Source: Naegleria gruberi (lineage: Eukaryota). From it: a stretch of 64,000 bases of DNA. The stretch lies in assembly GCA_000004985.1 (NCBI GenBank), contig GG738879.1; one strand, written 5' to 3'. Under the pieces are notes generated by a model. The model made no database searches and was not told the origin of the DNA. It worked only from the letters and a program-made list of their open reading frames with translations. The position numbers were made by a program, and so were the translations under genes. Positions 9,983-20,183 of the stretch are shown one piece after another; the stretch's first letter is position 1, and the number at the start of each line of letters is the position of its first letter.

Positions 9983-11359
9983 TCACTTTTTACTTGTACT
10001 GGAAAATCTATTGGTTGAGTGTGAAAGTGCAATAAACAATCCTAAATTCAATAATGCCAGAGTTGCACAACTGCTCAGTGAATTTGGCCCGACCAAAATA
10101 TTTCCATACCTCTTGTCATGAGCATTAGAAACGTCTGATAAATATTGAGATAATCCACCCATGGCCTCATAAATTCCTCTAGCAAATGACGATATAATTC
10201 CATAATCACGAATAGTATTGGTCTCATTCTTAATCTTTTGTGTTACAAAACAAAGTAGAGGTGAAAGCAAAGTATGACTTAAAACCATTGGAATAACACC
10301 CCATCTCGAATTATTTGCTCCATAATTAATACCTGCCAATGTAAGAGGTACATTCCACAAGCCAGAAATAAATCCAATCAACATTGAATTTTTAAAGAAT
10401 TCTAATGTATCAATAGCATCCTTCCTCTTTTCAAGCTTTTCAATTTTGATCAGTCTATTCCACATAAAATCTCTCCATCCTCTTTCTTCACCCCAATAGC
10501 AAAGAGTATTCATAGAAATACCATGACCTAATGATAAAAAGTAGGAGCTTAAAAACAGGGAAGTATATTTTTTCTTCTCTAAGGTTTCTATTAATTGTTG
10601 ATTTACCACTGGATCATGTTTATATTCATCCAAAACTAGGTTCGATGTGGCTGAATATTTTACATTAGGCACCAATCGATTACCAATTAGAATATTTATG
10701 AATGGAGTGAGGGAGGTCAAGAGTAATAATCTAGGAAATGATTGCTCAATAAATAGTTTCTTTAAAAAATTATAAAATCCAGAAAATATTCCCCTTCCAT
10801 CCTGTTTAGATTTGCGAAATGGAAGAATTGTACTATCTTTCTCATATACAGAGTGGTCATACTCAGAAATTCCAATCCAATCCAATATCTCAGCAATAAC
10901 AGCTGGTGAGTAAATAGTCGTAAGGAAAAAAGCAATTTTTGTTAATATTCCACTCTTCTCCAATACATGCGAATAATCATGAGAGCAAATAGCCAATCCA
11001 CTCATCACCACTCCATTACAGGAAATAAATCTAATCACATCCCTCCTCATGCAATCAATTGTTTTTTCCACATTCTTCCTATCGAAAATCATATTCTCCG
11101 ATTCCCTTTCCCTCATCAAACTCTTCATCATGTAATAAATTTCATTCAACACAGCAACTCCCAAACTTCCCTTCAACATTGCCTTAAGAAGAGTAGAGTT
11201 TGATATTCCGTTATTTCCCTCTCCTCCATGCTCCAAAAAACAAATCAAATCAGAGGAAATTTTGGCGAGAAAATCTTTAGCTTGAAGAGACATTTTTTTT
11301 AATATATTCTTTTGTAAACTTTTGATCTCGTGCAATTTTAAGGTATTTAAGAAGGACAT
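9983..11359 (-). CDS. Hypothetical multi-pass membrane protein of 458 aa.
   Basis: Intact ORF with ATG at 11357..11359 (minus). Several hydrophobic helices. No confident family assignment. Confidence 0.5.
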   Translation of the reverse strand: MSFLNTLKLHEIKSLQKNILKKMSLQAKDFLAKISSDLICFLEHGGEGNNGISNSTLLKAMLKGSLGVAVLNEIYYMMKSLMRERESENMIFDRKNVEKTIDCMRRDVIRFISCNGVVMSGLAICSHDYSHVLEKSGILTKIAFFLTTIYSPAVIAEILDWIGISEYDHSVYEKDSTILPFRKSKQDGRGIFSGFYNFLKKLFIEQSFPRLLLLTSLTPFINILIGNRLVPNVKYSATSNLVLDEYKHDPVVNQQLIETLEKKKYTSLFLSSYFLSLGHGISMNTLCYWGEERGWRDFMWNRLIKIEKLEKRKDAIDTLEFFKNSMLIGFISGLWNVPLTLAGINYGANNSRWGVIPMVLSHTLLSPLLCFVTQKIKNETNTIRDYGIISSFARGIYEAMGGLSQYLSDVSNAHDKRYGNILVGPNSLSSCATLALLNLGLFIALSHSTNRFSSTSKK

Positions 11360-11488
11360 TTTGAATTCGTGTTCATAATGTCGTCATTGAAACGTGGCAT
11401 GATGTGGTTTTTCAAAAATTTAAATTCTCTTTATTTTACAAAAAAAGGCCGCATTTGCACATTTCAATATTATTGAAAATGATGATTA

Positions 11489-12997
11489 TTAAATAATGAC
11501 ATTTCCATTTTCTTCGATACTTCTCCACATTTCATTACTCTCCTTACAGAGGAATCCTCTCTTTTCATTAATCTTGATATATTTCGTACCAAGTTTGAGG
11601 AAACTCTTTGCTCTATCTTTCAATATAGTCTTCACTACACCTCTTGGAATATTTCCTTTGAAATCCAAATAGAAAATCTGAGAGTAACGACATGTATTCT
11701 CATCGATTGCCTGGAATGCCCAACCACCCATTGAAACTGCTCTGACTACGCCCTTCTTTGGTTCACTTGGTGCCTTATTTGTTACACAACTCTTCTTACC
11801 AATATAGTAAGTATTGGTTGATGTATCAAATACACCACTGGATGAGACAATAAATTCTCTTGGATTGAATGGCCAAACTAATTTGTAAATTTCTCTTGTC
11901 ACTGAAGAGGCCATCAATGAAGAACCAGTTACTGGTCCATCTGTTGCCTTCTTTTCAACATAATTCAATTGTTCAATTTCACACAAATTACCATCATATT
12001 GCAATCTGTATTCCTTTTCAAAAATTGTATTCATAACATGCTTAATATTAAATGGAAAGGTACAATCAAATTTGAAGAAATTCAACCCAATTGACTCTCC
12101 CATATCATAACTCTTTTTTGAAAAGTAACATTTGTGATGTTTGCTACTTCCAATCACTTCCCATTCGTTAGGATCATAATTTGAGAGTTGCATCTTTAAG
12201 AACTTGAAATCGTTAATGCTGAAACTTTCATTTTTCAAATCACCCAAAGATTCTACATAGAATAATTGAGAATCTTCTTTAACACTACCAATTTCGTATA
12301 AAACTTTCAATGGTTGAGTTTTAAGATAGGTTTTAAAGTAATCACTCTCAAGAAAACTCTTGAAATTATTCTCTTTTAAGCTTAGCAAGACCGATGATTC
12401 AACTTCATCAAATAAATTCTTTGGACAATTGAGACCGTTTGTAGAATTTGATGATAAATTTGAAGCAGAATAATCTGTTGTTGGAGATTTACATCTATTT
12501 GCTATGGTAGAAACACTTTCCGAACTCACTGATGCGGAATCTGTACTGTTAGTTGAATCGAGTGAGTGTCTGGAGACGAAAGGAACAGGTGACCCATTCG
12601 ATTGTGGACTATTTGGATTGTTATTGTTAGCATTACCTCCTGTTGAAGTTCTAGCAGAAACGATTGAAATTGGTGAAGAAGAAACATTATCTGGATTGAG
12701 AACCTTTTGAATCTTGTTTCGAATATCACCTCTCAAGTTTAGTTGTGTATTTGCACCTTCGGCAATAAACCTCTCAAACAAGTCGTGTGCCATTTGAAAT
12801 CTCTTTCTTTCATGTTTAACTTTTCTGTATTCATTTACACATTCTAAAAATTGACAACTTTCTCCATTGAAAGTGGCGCCAAGGTATCCTGTGAAACATT
12901 TAACAGTTGGAGGATGGTCAAAGATAGCTTCAAAATAAATAACGAATTGGTCAATGTCTTGGTCGACAATGAGTCTATCTTTATCATTGAATGACAT
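11489..12997 (-). CDS. Protein with an N-terminal RGS domain and a C-terminal START (StAR-related lipid-transfer) domain, 502 aa.
   Basis: N-terminal RGS-like block: FEAIFDHPPTVKCFTGYLGATFNGESCQFLECVNEYRKVK…AHDLFERFIAEGANTQLNLRGDIRNKI. A Ser/Asn-rich linker follows. C-terminal ~230 aa match the START fold: YDPNEWEVIGSSKHHKCYFSKKS…YRLQYDGNLCEIEQLNYVEKK…REFIVSSSGVFDTSTNTYYIGKKSC…GVVRAVSMGGWAFQAI…IPRGVVKTIL. Single exon with ATG at 12995..12997. Confidence 0.7.
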   Translation of the reverse strand: MSFNDKDRLIVDQDIDQFVIYFEAIFDHPPTVKCFTGYLGATFNGESCQFLECVNEYRKVKHERKRFQMAHDLFERFIAEGANTQLNLRGDIRNKIQKVLNPDNVSSSPISIVSARTSTGGNANNNNPNSPQSNGSPVPFVSRHSLDSTNSTDSASVSSESVSTIANRCKSPTTDYSASNLSSNSTNGLNCPKNLFDEVESSVLLSLKENNFKSFLESDYFKTYLKTQPLKVLYEIGSVKEDSQLFYVESLGDLKNESFSINDFKFLKMQLSNYDPNEWEVIGSSKHHKCYFSKKSYDMGESIGLNFFKFDCTFPFNIKHVMNTIFEKEYRLQYDGNLCEIEQLNYVEKKATDGPVTGSSLMASSVTREIYKLVWPFNPREFIVSSSGVFDTSTNTYYIGKKSCVTNKAPSEPKKGVVRAVSMGGWAFQAIDENTCRYSQIFYLDFKGNIPRGVVKTILKDRAKSFLKLGTKYIKINEKRGFLCKESNEMWRSIEENGNVII

Positions 12998-14328
12998 TTA
13001 AACTATTATGTTTCGAATAAAAATTGTATGGTCAACACTTGTATTAACTTGTGTAGTAGAATGGATGCGCAGTTGTGTATTCAATATAGGTGAAACACAG
13101 TGTTAAGAGAGGTCGGTTGTTTTTTTTTGAATTATTTTCTTATACACATATTCGATACCTGCTCAATAGCTTTTCCTCACAGAACAGTTGGGTTTATTAA
13201 ACAAACTCAGCAATGCGAAATGCAGAATGGAAACGGGTTGATGTGTTTGAGAGATTCCAAAAAGCAATCATCACATCAAACACCTGTCGCCGGTATTTTT
13301 ATACGAAATTAGAAGGAAAGCCAGAAAATGTCAACTCTTACCAGTTGGGATGTTATTAATACAGATTGTTTGTGCTTTAGATATCGTGGTTTTAGGGGAT
13401 TCTCTTATCGTCTAATTAACACAAAAACAGTAAAAGCCATTGATATAAAAAAGATAACAATACATTACTGTCTAATGGGTTTTTACAAAGATTTACAGTT
13501 GGTTGATTGTAAAGAAATCCACATTTTAATTCAATGGAAGAGAAATGAAGAGTGGAGTGAAATCATGAACTACTTTCGAATGTGAAAAAAGTTTCGTTTT
13601 ACCATTTAAAATTTTTTTAGTGTCCCAGCTTACCATTACCGTCAACACTTCCAATTTTGTAGTGAAGGCAAAAACTCAAAACCTACTGGACGTGAAACAA
13701 GTTTAGCTCCAAGAGGAGTGTAGTTTGTACTATTATTTAACATGATGATGACATCTTGAACATTTGGAAAAATCCAAGTTCCTATTATTATTGTAAACAA
13801 CCATTCAACTGGACATTAATTTCTAGTGATGATCCTCTCATCATCAGTGAAAATAATGGACATACTCATTTAGTGAGAGATATTAATGATTGTAATGAAA
13901 TGGTGTCAGTATCAGCAAACTCATGTTCTGTGTTGTTACATAGATGACACAGTGTTGATAAATTTGATGAAAGATTAGTAACAGAAATCTTTTTGTTTCT
14001 TCAGAAGAAGAAAACTTATCTTCCATTAAATTGTCATTAATGAATTGTGGCATACTAGGTTTTATTGATCAAATACACAACAGACAACCTTTACATGTTT
14101 GCCTTAATAATTTAATATCTAAATAAATGGAAAGAACATAATTTTTTTATTAATATTTAAAAAAAATAAAAGTGTTACGAAAAGTATTCTTTCCTTCAAT
14201 AACCAACAACTTCTACAATAGAATCGAGTTATTCTCCATTAACTACTTGTTATTCAACAAAAGAAATATTACAATCAATACTACAACAACAACAAATACA
14301 TACAACAATCAAGTCTTTTCATAGCAAG

Positions 14329-15348
14329 ATGAAATTAATTGATATTGGAGTAAATTTATGTGATGATATGTTTAAAGGAATTTATAATGGAAAACAATCT
14401 CATGATTCCGATGTTGAACAAGTTATTCAGAGAGCCTTGGATAAACATGTTGATAAATTGATGATCACAGGAACTTGTTATCAAGATATTCTGGAGGCTG
14501 TTGAATTAATAGAAAAATTCAAGGATAAATTCCCTAATAGATTGTATACCACTGTGGGTGTACATCCGACTAGATGTAATGAATTTAATCCATCAAATGA
14601 TATTGATCATAGGAATGCCTTGTTGGAAATTGTTAAGAAACATAGAGAATATATTGTGGTGAGTATTGTCTTGATATTTGATTCTAAAGGGTGAATTAAT
14701 TAAATTTATAGGCTATTGGAGAATGTGGATTAGATTATGATCGTCTTCATTATTGTGAAAAGGAACAGCAACAGAAATATTTTGAATTCCAATTAGAAAT
14801 GGCAAAAGAAACTAAATTGCCACTCTTCTTGCACAATAGAAAGTCAACACATGATCTTTGTGAAATTTTAAAGAGACACTATGATGATTTGGGATTATTT
14901 GTTGTTCACAGCTTTGATGGATCTTTGGAGGAATTAAAAGAATTGCTCTCACTTGGTGATAAAGTGTTCATTGGAATTAATGGCTGTTCTTTGAAAACAG
15001 CTGAAAATTTGCAGGTTGTTAAGGAAATACCTCTTGATAGATTATGCATTGAAACCGACTGTCCATATTGTGAAATTAGACAAAGTCATGCTTGTTGGAA
15101 ATTGTTGCAAGAGAGCAAACCATTTGTTTTTGATTCCAAGAAGAAGGAAAAATTTGAACTTGGTCAACATGTCAAGTCCAGAAATGAGCCAGATAATTTA
15201 ATGTAAGTCGCAATAGTATGAAATTCACTAATTTTCATTGAATAGTAACGTATTGAAGGTTATTTCAAAAATCAAAGAAATATCAGAGGAAGATCTTGCA
15301 AAAATCACTTATGAAAATACCATGAAAGTTTATTTCCCAAATCTTTAA
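14329..15348 (+). CDS. TatD-family Mg-dependent DNase (TATDN1-like), 307 aa. Three exons: join(14329..14658, 14712..15202, 15246..15348).
   Basis: Both exon junctions are fixed by homology to TATDN1: …HREYIV|AIGECGLDYDRL… and …KSRNEPDNL|INVLKVISKIKEISEEDLAKITYENTMKVYFPNL*. Introns are 53 nt (GTGAGT..TATAG) and 43 nt (GTAAGT..AATAG). The protein ends at TAA in the same place as the human protein. Confidence 0.85.
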
Positions 15349-15365
15349 TTGAGGATAAAAATAAT

Positions 15366-17901
15366 TTATTTCTCATTAAGAGCTAAGGTAATATCCATAA
15401 ATGATCGTTCACCAGTTGTGGAATCAGCAACATTCTTCAAATTGGATGCTCTTTCTTTCAAATCATCAACAAATTTAAGATTGGAAAAGCAAATTGATGG
15501 ACCATCATTATGCTCATTCTCATCTTCACAAGAGGCAGCCATTGAAATAGCTTCGGTTTTCCATTCAGAGATTCTACATTTGAGAACATCAACTTTGGCA
15601 ATCATATTCTCATATTGCCTGCTTTTTAGTTGATCCCTTATGTCAATTAGTGAGTCGTGTAATTCCTTTTGAATGTTATTAGCTTCAGACCACTCTGTTT
15701 CAAGAGTATACACTTCTGTTGGTTTGCTCTTTCCCTTAAGTTTAACAACATCGACGAATAGACAGAGGAACTTTGTTTTAGCTTGTTCATATGTTGATTG
15801 ACCAATCAAAACAGTAGTTTCATATCTCTTATTAAGAGTTTCCAATCTACCCGCAGTATTGACGCTATCTCCAATAGCTGTATAGTTGAATCTTTCCTTA
15901 GAACCTACGTTTCCTATCATGGCATTACCTGAATTCACACCAACTCTAATTCTGAGGTCCGGCCAATTTTCTGCCTTACAACGAATCCTCAACTTTTCGA
16001 TTGCAACAAGTGCATCTAGGGCTGCTTGACATGATTTGTTTTGGTGATCATCTAGCTGTTTGAGAGGGTGAGAGAATAGAGCCATCACACCATCACCAAT
16101 GAATTTGTCTATTACGCCTCCATTTGATTCAACAGCTTCTGTCATTATTCTGAAATATTCTGAGAGGACTTTGAGTAATACTGAAACAGTTGATGATTCT
16201 GAAAAGGTTGTGAAATCAGCAACATCACTGAATAGAATTGATGTTGAGCAATTCACGACGCCTAATTTAGCTCCGATGCCATTTCTCACAATATCTTTAA
16301 CAATATCTTTTGGAATATATTTCATGAAGGAATGAAGAGAATTCTTGACTAATTTCGTTGATTGTTGCAACAAATCTAATTCATACACAACCTTTAAAAG
16401 CTTTGAGGTTTTAACTTCTTCCACTTCCAATTTAGAAATTTTGCTCATATCCTTGGAGACTTTCAAAATAGAACGAGTAATTAATTGAGTGACAATCATG
16501 GCTAAAACAGTTCCAAAAATAATGAAAATAATGGATAGAGATAATAGAGCTGGATCACTTGTCATTACTGTCTTGACAAATCCATAATTTACGGTTGCTT
16601 GAATAATTATCCAATCTAAACCATGATCATCCTTGATAAATTGTACAGATACTCTGTATTGATCTATCTTGAGAATTATGGTAGAGTTATCAGACGAGAG
16701 GGTTGCCATATCTCCATTTGGTCCAATTATTATTTTCTGACTCATTAGGTAATCCGAAATCTTTGAAAAGACACTTGTTGTTTGATTCATATGTACTCTA
16801 TTATTATTGGCATCTCTAGTTTCATAACCCATACTTGTACTAATCAAATAACCTGTTCTCTCAATAATTACAATGTCAATGGATTTAGTTTGGATATCAA
16901 GGTTAGCCTGAATAGTTTCATTAAGGATATAGTCCAATTGATACAAGTCATAATGGGCCCCAATAATCTCTACTACAGATTGTTTTGTGTATGTACCATT
17001 ACTGAGCTGTGTCATGTTATAATTATCATAATCCAAAGTTGTAGCAGCTCCCAGAGATAGGCATTTGATGAAGAAATTATTAAAGACAGTTGACCATTGA
17101 TAGCTTGGATAAGGCGCCTTCAATCCTGCCTTATACCATGGTCTAATTGTTGGATCATAATTCGGAATTCTCATTGATTCTGTAACTGGTTCATAATAGG
17201 TATTATATGAAGAAATTACAACCTCTGCTTGTGGATTTCTAATTTGAACATAATGTCTCGAATTTGAACCTTCTACAGCAATATAATTTTTCATTGAATT
17301 TCCATAATAGAGAATGGTGGTTTGAGGAAATGCAAGCTTTCAAATAGTTATTAGTACTTTTGAATAGTTTGAAAACGAACCTTTGTTGGTGCAAACACTC
17401 TAATGACTCTTTTAACCAAGCCATCAAGATCAAATGGAAGCATATCACCATCCATTCTCCTCTGTAACATAAAACCTTCTCTTATCTGATGAAGAATGGT
17501 CGAAGCTTGACCCATATGATTCTTAATTTCTTCAGAAATATTATCCTCTCTAATACTTGCAATATCATTGATGGATTTTTCTCCACTGTTTACAAAAAAG
17601 TAAGTTGGCAATTAGTACATTTATAAACTAACCTTGAATAAATCAATAATAATAATGAACCAATACAAATAAAGGTCTGTAACAAAAATACAATAATGAG
17701 AATGTTTTGTAATGAATGAAATGCTGGACAAAAGAATTGAATAAATCGCCTTGACGCACTCTTGTTTTCCTTATTGAATGCCATTACAGCACCAATCGAC
17801 GTGTCAGAAAACGATGAATGCATTGATGAGGATTGAGTGTCTGATGATGCAGCACCAATGAATTTGTTATCTGGATCTACGGTGATAGGTTGAATTCTCA
17901 T
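15366..17901 (-). CDS. Receptor-type class III adenylyl/guanylyl cyclase with TM - double Cache sensor - TM - HAMP-like linker - cyclase domain, 814 aa. Three exons: complement(join(15366..17336, 17381..17585, 17633..17901)).
   Basis: Extracellular region carries the dCache hallmark YDPTIRPWYK. The region is flanked by TM1 (ILIIVFLLQTFICIGSLLLLIY) and TM2 (LLSLSIIFIIFGTVLAMIV). Cyclase motifs present: LFSDVADFTTFSE, KFIGDGVMALF, RVGVNSGNAMIGNVGS, YTAIGDSVNTAGRLE. Introns are 47 nt (GTTAGT..AACAG) and 44 nt (GTTCGT..GAAAG), with consistent phases. Confidence 0.75.
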
Positions 17902-18215
17902 TTTTTTTCTTTAATTGTAGATATTGGTTGACAAATTATTGCGGTATAGTTTATGTTTGATTGATGGTGAAATTAAAGAGATACAGAGCGATACTGAGCT
18001 TGTTCTATTCCCTTCATTATCCCTCGAAGTATTTACGATTGACATTTATGGGTTGTTTCGGTAGATGAGCTATATTAGGCGTTTGTTATAATAATTAATA
18101 CAAGCAACCAATATGGTGAACCTAAGGGTAATATATAGACACTTAATCAATAAGTTTCAAACTTGAAAACAAAGCCAACAGCTTTTAAAGCTTTAATAAC
18201 CAACTACAAAACGTG

Positions 18216-18303
18216 TCCGATGAGACGGAATCGAACCGCCGACCACAGGATGACAGATTTTTCTTGCTACAGTCCCATGCTCTACCAGCTGAGCTATCAT
18301 CGG
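18216..18303 (-). tRNA. tRNA-Tyr (anticodon GTA) with a 15-nt anticodon-loop intron, 88 nt.
   Basis: Minus-strand cloverleaf: acceptor CCGATGA/TCATCGG, D-arm GCTC-AGCTGGTA-GAGC, anticodon stem TGGGA…TCCTG with anticodon GTA. A 15-nt insertion (about CAAGAAAAATCTGTC) follows position 37, the canonical tRNA intron site. T-arm GGCGG-TTCGATT-CCGTC, discriminator A. A TTTT terminator lies downstream on the minus strand. Confidence 0.8.
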
Positions 18304-18509
18304 TTTACACTTGTTGGAATTAGTAAGGTAATGACCTCTACATCTGGTTATTAGTGATTTCGTCAACCACCTTAAAATCATAGGATTGACAATCTAATCT
18401 TCCTGAATTTATTGAATTTTATTTTGTTTCTTTGTTTTATTAAAGTTCCATTCATTTTCCCAATTTTCATTGTGTTCATTCCATTTCAAAAAAAAGAATC
18501 CAGAAAAAA

Positions 18510-19979
18510 ATGCACGACGATGAATGGTATCAAGTTATTGACTTTCTTACGGAGAGTGATTTTCCATCTTTCCTCTGTGTCTGTTCTGAATGGAACAAAT
18601 TACTAAATTTTTGTATGCAAAAATCCTGGTTTTGGATGGATAGGCATATTCGGTTTCTAAATACTCGAATTAAACTATATTCAGGTTTAATTGCCGTGGA
18701 TTCGAGTCATTATAGTGGAATGAGAAGATTTCTAAAGATGAGAATTGATCATCACTTGAGGAAACTAAAAGAATTGAGAGAGGAAAGGAAGATGAATTAT
18801 ATTAATTTTAAAGGGAAACATTTTATCGCAGTGAAAAAGTATGAAGATTCTAATAATTGCAAGCAAATGATTGATTATTTGAAATATAGACCCACTGCTG
18901 AAAAATTGAGTTTAGAATGCTTTTTAAAGAGGGATACTAGCAAGTTGGTTTCGTACAAGTTTGGTGAAATTTTCCAGTACATGTTTGAGAACTATATGAA
19001 CAGTTATCATTACAGGAAAGTGACAATGGATGAAATGACCAATTGCATAATACCAGACCTTATTTTACAAAGGGAAGTTTCCAGTTTGCAATTTTGGGAT
19101 GCACTACTTAACAATCATCCCAAGTTGAGGTTTGATTCAGGATCTACCTTTTTAGACTTTTTCACTTGCATTCTAAATGCAAAATCAAATAGTGATAATC
19201 TTGACGAATTAGTAATGAAATTCTTGAAGTCTAATGAATATAATGGATTGGATATACTCTCTGTTCCAATTCAGTTAAGGTTTGCTAGAAGAGTAGCTAA
19301 AATATTGAAAGAGAATAATGTATCATTTATACATTCCCGAGTTGGATATAGCTCAAGGAGATTTAGAGATATATCAATCACTAATCCAGTCTTATCTGAA
19401 TATTTGGAATATCTGTCAAGTAACAGAGTGATGCTTTCAGATTTCCTTCATGAGGAATTTATATTTGTGGGAGGAGTTTACAAGTACTATTTATTTGCCG
19501 ATTACAAGGTTGATATTTGTGGTAAAAGTTCAAATGGAGTTAATTGGATTATCAATCTTGTTGATAACTTCCCAACAGTAGATGTCATTTATTTCTTTAC
19601 AAGTACTTCTTTTAAGGGAATGAGACTTGATTGGACAAAAATCGACCCAAGCAGAAAAATACTCGATCGACTTATTCTTGGAGCAAAGGATCCATCAGAA
19701 AGATTATCGATCATTAAGGGATTTCACAATAAGAATGTAGACTTTTCAGATTTATTACTTGCGAAAATTATTGACAGTAGTGTGTATGGAAATGATAAGA
19801 AATCTTCAATCATTCGTGAGACTATTGAGTATCTATTACCTATTATTACTTTTGAGAATTCAAATGAACAATTTAAACAGTATTATGACATGAATGTCAA
19901 CAAGGTAAAAGGGAATAATTGGAACGGAACAGATTTCAGATTAGAATTGTGTTTTAAGGTTTGGAAAATTATTGGATGA
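18510..19979 (+). CDS. Hypothetical protein of 489 aa with an N-terminal F-box-like motif.
   Basis: Intact ORF with ATG at 18510. N-terminus WYQVIDFLTESDFPSFLCVCSEWNKLL resembles an F-box. Rest unassigned. Confidence 0.5.
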   Translation: MHDDEWYQVIDFLTESDFPSFLCVCSEWNKLLNFCMQKSWFWMDRHIRFLNTRIKLYSGLIAVDSSHYSGMRRFLKMRIDHHLRKLKELREERKMNYINFKGKHFIAVKKYEDSNNCKQMIDYLKYRPTAEKLSLECFLKRDTSKLVSYKFGEIFQYMFENYMNSYHYRKVTMDEMTNCIIPDLILQREVSSLQFWDALLNNHPKLRFDSGSTFLDFFTCILNAKSNSDNLDELVMKFLKSNEYNGLDILSVPIQLRFARRVAKILKENNVSFIHSRVGYSSRRFRDISITNPVLSEYLEYLSSNRVMLSDFLHEEFIFVGGVYKYYLFADYKVDICGKSSNGVNWIINLVDNFPTVDVIYFFTSTSFKGMRLDWTKIDPSRKILDRLILGAKDPSERLSIIKGFHNKNVDFSDLLLAKIIDSSVYGNDKKSSIIRETIEYLLPIITFENSNEQFKQYYDMNVNKVKGNNWNGTDFRLELCFKVWKIIG

Positions 19980-20016
19980 AATAAAAAATTAAAATTATGG
20001 AAAACCAAAAATCGAT

Positions 20017-20089
20017 TACCGACAATGGGCTCGAACCCACGACCCCAGGATTAGAAGTCCTGTGCTCTATCCAACTGAGCTATGACGGC
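20017..20089 (-). tRNA. tRNA-Arg (anticodon TCT) candidate with an atypical T-arm and acceptor stem; possibly a tRNA pseudogene.
   Basis: Minus-strand sequence GCCGTCATAGCTCAGTTGGATAGAGCACAGGACTTCTAATCCTGGGGTCGTGGGTTCGAGCCCATTGTCGGTA. D-arm and anticodon arm (CAGGA-CTTCTAA-TCCTG) are canonical. The T-loop is only 6 nt (GTGGG-TTCGAG-CCCAT) and acceptor pair 5-68 is a U-U mismatch. A TTTTT run follows. Confidence 0.55.
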
Positions 20090-20183
20090 TTCACATTCAT
20101 TAAGAATATTAAGGCACAACAACACCAAACGAATTATCCTAATTTCGTCAGCTTTCGTGTGTAATGTTTTAAATTTAAAAAAA

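Noticed and set aside
13100-14300. Small ORFs (63-85 aa on plus, about 56 aa on minus) and C-box-like TGATGA motifs in the 1.3-kb intergenic region, considered as a possible small gene or snoRNA.
   Set aside because: No consistent C/D or H/ACA box arrangement and no coding signature could be established by eye. Left unannotated.
16099-17060. Plus-strand ORFs (78 and 92 aa) antisense to the cyclase gene.
   Set aside because: Inside a confident minus-strand CDS; no signals.
18163-18381. 62-63-aa ORFs on both strands overlapping the tRNA-Tyr gene.
   Set aside because: Coincide with a structured tRNA; not coding.
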